Assembly: GCF_964213995.1 (NCBI RefSeq)
Contig: NC_135819.1
Span: 61,566,001-61,630,000 of the forward strand
DNA: 64,000 bases
Direction of reading: 5' to 3'
From: Mustelus asterias
Lineage: Eukaryota
Under the pieces are notes generated by a model. The model ran no database searches. It was not told the DNA's origin and saw only the letters and a program-made list of their open reading frames with translations. Of the stretch, positions 60,523 through 64,000 are shown piece after piece. How positions within the stretch are numbered: position 1 is the first letter of the stretch; every line of letters begins with the position of its first letter. The translations under genes and the position numbers were made by a program.

Positions 60523-63500
60523 ATGTTATATATTTAGATAGTTAAAAGATTGCTGTAAGATCAGGTCACATGATTTGATGGGGTCAGTTAGCTCAGTTGA
60601 CTGGATGGCTGGTTTGTGATGCAGAGTAACAACAACAGCTTGGGTTAAATTCCCATACTGGCTGAGGTTATTCATAAAGGCTCACTCTCTCAACCTTGCC
60701 TGAGGTGTAGTGATCCTCTGGTTAAATCAGCACCAGTCAGCTTTCCTCCTCAAAGGGAAGAGCAGCCAGTGGTCATCTGGGCCTATGGCGATATTACTTA
60801 CTTCATATGATTTGATGGTGACATCATTGGGGTGTTTCAGAGGCTCCTGCTTTTAGTTTAAGTTTGTCCTCTTGAGCAGGCAACAGTTCCTTCAATAAAT
60901 CTGTTGTTAGTTTGAATCTATGTGTGCAAACCACATCTTTTCTTTTTATTAAAATCCACAACCCTTAACATAGGACATTACAAAATGAAAATTGGTGACA
61001 AGTAAGGACTTCGTTTTGTCAAAAATATCGAAAACAATTCTTAGAAGAGAAAAATATTGTGGGTCCCCTCACACTTTGAATATGAGAAGGCTGTGGAGAA
61101 GCAACAGCAGGATTAAAGATCGAAGTGCCAGAAGGAAGACCAGAACAAAAAACCTCAGTGAGTGGTTTTAAAAGAGGGTTTCATTCTGATCAGAGAAGGG
61201 CGAAATTCCAGGTAGTAACTGGCATATTTGAAAAGAAGGAATGTTTTGCTGTACAGCTGGGGTCGTTTGAAATAAAATACATCAAGTCAACGGTCCCCAG
61301 GGTAAAAAGGGGAGTACTGGGAAGACAGTAAAAAAAATATACTGAGCAGTCTCAAGTCACTAGTATCTGCAGGAGAAATGATGGGTCAATTAGGATCCAT
61401 GGGCCCTTTCAATTAAGAAAATGAATCATGGAGTTCCTTTGCTGAGAGTTTTCAATACGTTGTACAAGCGATAAAAATGAATGATGAGTTGCTCATACCA
61501 GTGTTTCTCAGTACAGTAGGAAGTAAAATCTTCAATTTGTTCCGCAACTTGGTTTATCCAGTGAAGCCAGAAACCAAAACTTAGGATGGCTTAACAAAGC
61601 CCCTTGAAGAGCATTACTCTCCAAAGCCACAGATCATTGCGGAATGGCTCAGATTCCACCAAAGGAATCAAGTTGAAGGTGAAATCATCGCTCAGTTTGT
61701 GGCAACCTTAAAAACGCTGGCATACATTGTAAGTTTGGTGAGTCATCAGAACATACTGTTCAAGATCATCTAGTTTGTGGTCTCCAAAACAAGGCTATCC
61801 AACGAAGATTGCTTATTAAGCATGCTTTGACTTTAAAGGCTGCAGTCAAAATCAGTGTCGATGGAACTGGCAGGAATGAAGATCCACAAGTTGAAAATGG
61901 CCCACATAGTGTCAAAACAGCAACAAGCATGTCACAGATGTGCCAAAAGGGATCATTCAGCAAGTGAATGCAGGAGTAAGGTTAGCCAATACAAGAATTG
62001 TGGCAAAATGGGTCACATTTCAAAAGCTTGTTGGACTAGACCAATTTCCCTTGAGAAGAATACTCAGAAGATGATTATGGGTACATTCAAGAAGAACAAG
62101 TTGCATTCTACAAAAATAATTTACAACATGGAAGAAAAGAATTACGACTATGAAGAAGAGAACATCCAGAAATATGACAAAGAGCTCCAAATGAACATCT
62201 TATCCATACAGGGTGGATCACAGATTCTGGGTGATTCTGAAGCGGACAACATATTAGGATAGAGGCTGATACTGGTGCTGCTGTATCTTTAATTCCTGAG
62301 ACCACGTACCAACAAAAGCTGAAGCATCTTTCTTTAAAACTAGCTGATGTGATTTTAAGGACATACACGGAAGAGATTGTGCCATGAAAAGGTTACATCA
62401 TGTAGAGTTAAGTGGACTAACAGTGAAGTTGCCTCCCGATGTGGTCCGAGACAATTTTCCAGCTATATTTGGCAGATCGTGGTTGAAGAAGAAAAAGCTT
62501 AACTGGAGAGCTGTCAATAGATTGGTTGATGTCAAAATAGACCTGCAGTACCTTCTGGATAAATACAAGAGTGTATTCAAAGAGAAACTGGACACAATGA
62601 AGGGAGTTCATGTGAAAGTTAAAAGTCTAATAGTCAACCAAAATGTCTCAAATGAAAAGCAGTGTAATTCGCCCTAAGGTCGAAGAAGAATTAGTGTGAC
62701 TTGTTAACACTGGTGTGTTAGAGTCGATTACAATGAGTGACCCCAATCCTACCTGTCATGAAACCAAATGGTTCAGTTCGTATTTGTGGTGATTTTAAAA
62801 CAACCATAAATCCGCTGTTTTGTGCTGATCAATTTCCGCTTCCTTTAATTTAAGATTTGTTTGTTGGGTTATCAGTCGGCAGAAATTCAGCACGATTGAT
62901 CTTTCTCAAGCATGGTTACAGAATAATGTAACTGCTGAATCTCAACCATTGCTTACCATTGTTACTCATAAAGGTCTGTCTCATTATAAAATATTGCATT
63001 TTGGAATAACGTCCTTACTAGCCCTATTCCAGAGATCGATGGATCAGATTTTAAGTGGTGTTTCCGGTATACAATGTTACCTGGATGATATCCTAATTAC
63101 AGGTTCAAGTAAACAAGAGCACTTGAATAATTTAGAAGCAATATTGGAACATCTTCAAGCACATGGTCTGCGTATCAAGAAAGAAAAATGTAATTGTTTT
63201 TCCAGACATCAGTCCAGTATTTGGGTCATGTTATTGATAGTAAAGGCCTACATAAAGCACCTAAAAAGATGCACACTATTTTAGAAGCACCACGTCCGAC
63301 TAATGTGACACAATTGAGGTTCTTTCCAGGATTAGTAAATAATTATGGCAAATTTGTTGCTAACTTAGCTATGTTATTGAACCCATTGCATGATTTATTA
63401 TGTGTGAAACATTCATGGGACTGTACAACAGTATGTGAGAAAGCATGCAAGGATGTCAAAGATGCTTTGTAGAAGTCCAAAGTAATGGTTCAATTTAATC

Positions 63501-64000
63501 TGAAGCTATCATTACTGGTTGCTTGTGACACTTCACCTTATGGCCTGGGGGCAGTAGTTTCACATATAATGACTTCAGGAGAAGAACAACAAATAGCTTT
63601 TGCTTTGCATTCTCTGACTAGTGCTGAATCTAACTAGCTAGAAAAAGGAGTATTGAGTATCATTTTTGTACGATCAGCATTTCACATTATTGACTAATCA
63701 TCAACCCTTAACTACTATCTTTGGGCCATATAAAGGCATACCATCCTTAGCTGTTAGCCGATTGCAAAGATGTCACTGACTTGCACACTCCTACAATATA
63801 AAGTATTGTCAGTCTTGAGTGCCATGCTAATACTGGTGCATTATCACACTTACCTATGCCTTTTGAGCAGATGCCACCAACTAGTTTTGCTCATATTCTT
63901 TATTTTTCCGTAGCAAGTCATTTGCTTGTGACAGCTTCTCAAATTCAGAGACCAGAAATGATCCCACGATGGGGAAGATGATGGATATGGCATTGAAAGG
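60523..64000 (+). mobile_element. Decayed Gypsy (Ty3) LTR retrotransposon: 5' LTR ~60523-60982, PBS-like tggtgac ~60993, gag-pol remnants
   Basis: TG...CA LTR with AATAAA; gag start MMGQLGSMGPFN ~61378; zinc knuckles CHRCAKRDHSASEC and CGKMGHISKAC; protease ADTGAAVSLI; RT RICGDFK and QCYLDDILITG; RNase H ACDTSPYGLGAVVSH; many stops and frameshifts. Confidence 0.9.
60582..60806 (+). mobile_element. tRNA-derived SINE inserted in the Gypsy LTR
   Basis: 12-bp TSD atgatttgatgg at 60570-60581 and 60807-60818. Confidence 0.8.

Overview
Vertebrate genomic DNA, almost certainly a cartilaginous fish (shark), judged from abundant HE1-type V-SINEs, SacSINE1/DeuSINE-like repeats and CR1 LINEs. It carries the LMF2-NCAPH2-SCO2 block known from human 22q13.33. 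LMF2 is on the - strand (exons 1-11 in the window, 3' end runs off the left edge). It is head-to-head with NCAPH2 on the + strand (a probable non-coding first exon plus 20 coding exons, 616 aa by my exon model), which is tail-to-tail with SCO2 on the - strand. Introns are full of CR1, RTE, L2-like, Rex1-like and Gypsy fragments, SINEs and MITE-like elements. Upstream of SCO2 lie a G-rich ~25-bp minisatellite split by a CR1 3' end, then a decayed Gypsy LTR retrotransposon. Most interesting: (1) SCO2 appears to have a coding first exon and a ~170-aa N-terminal extension with two presequence-like segments; (2) several minimal hammerhead-ribozyme motifs from Penelope-like repeats, some in sense orientation in introns, including one just upstream of the first coding exon of NCAPH2. 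All coordinates were read by eye, and repeat boundaries and family names are approximate.
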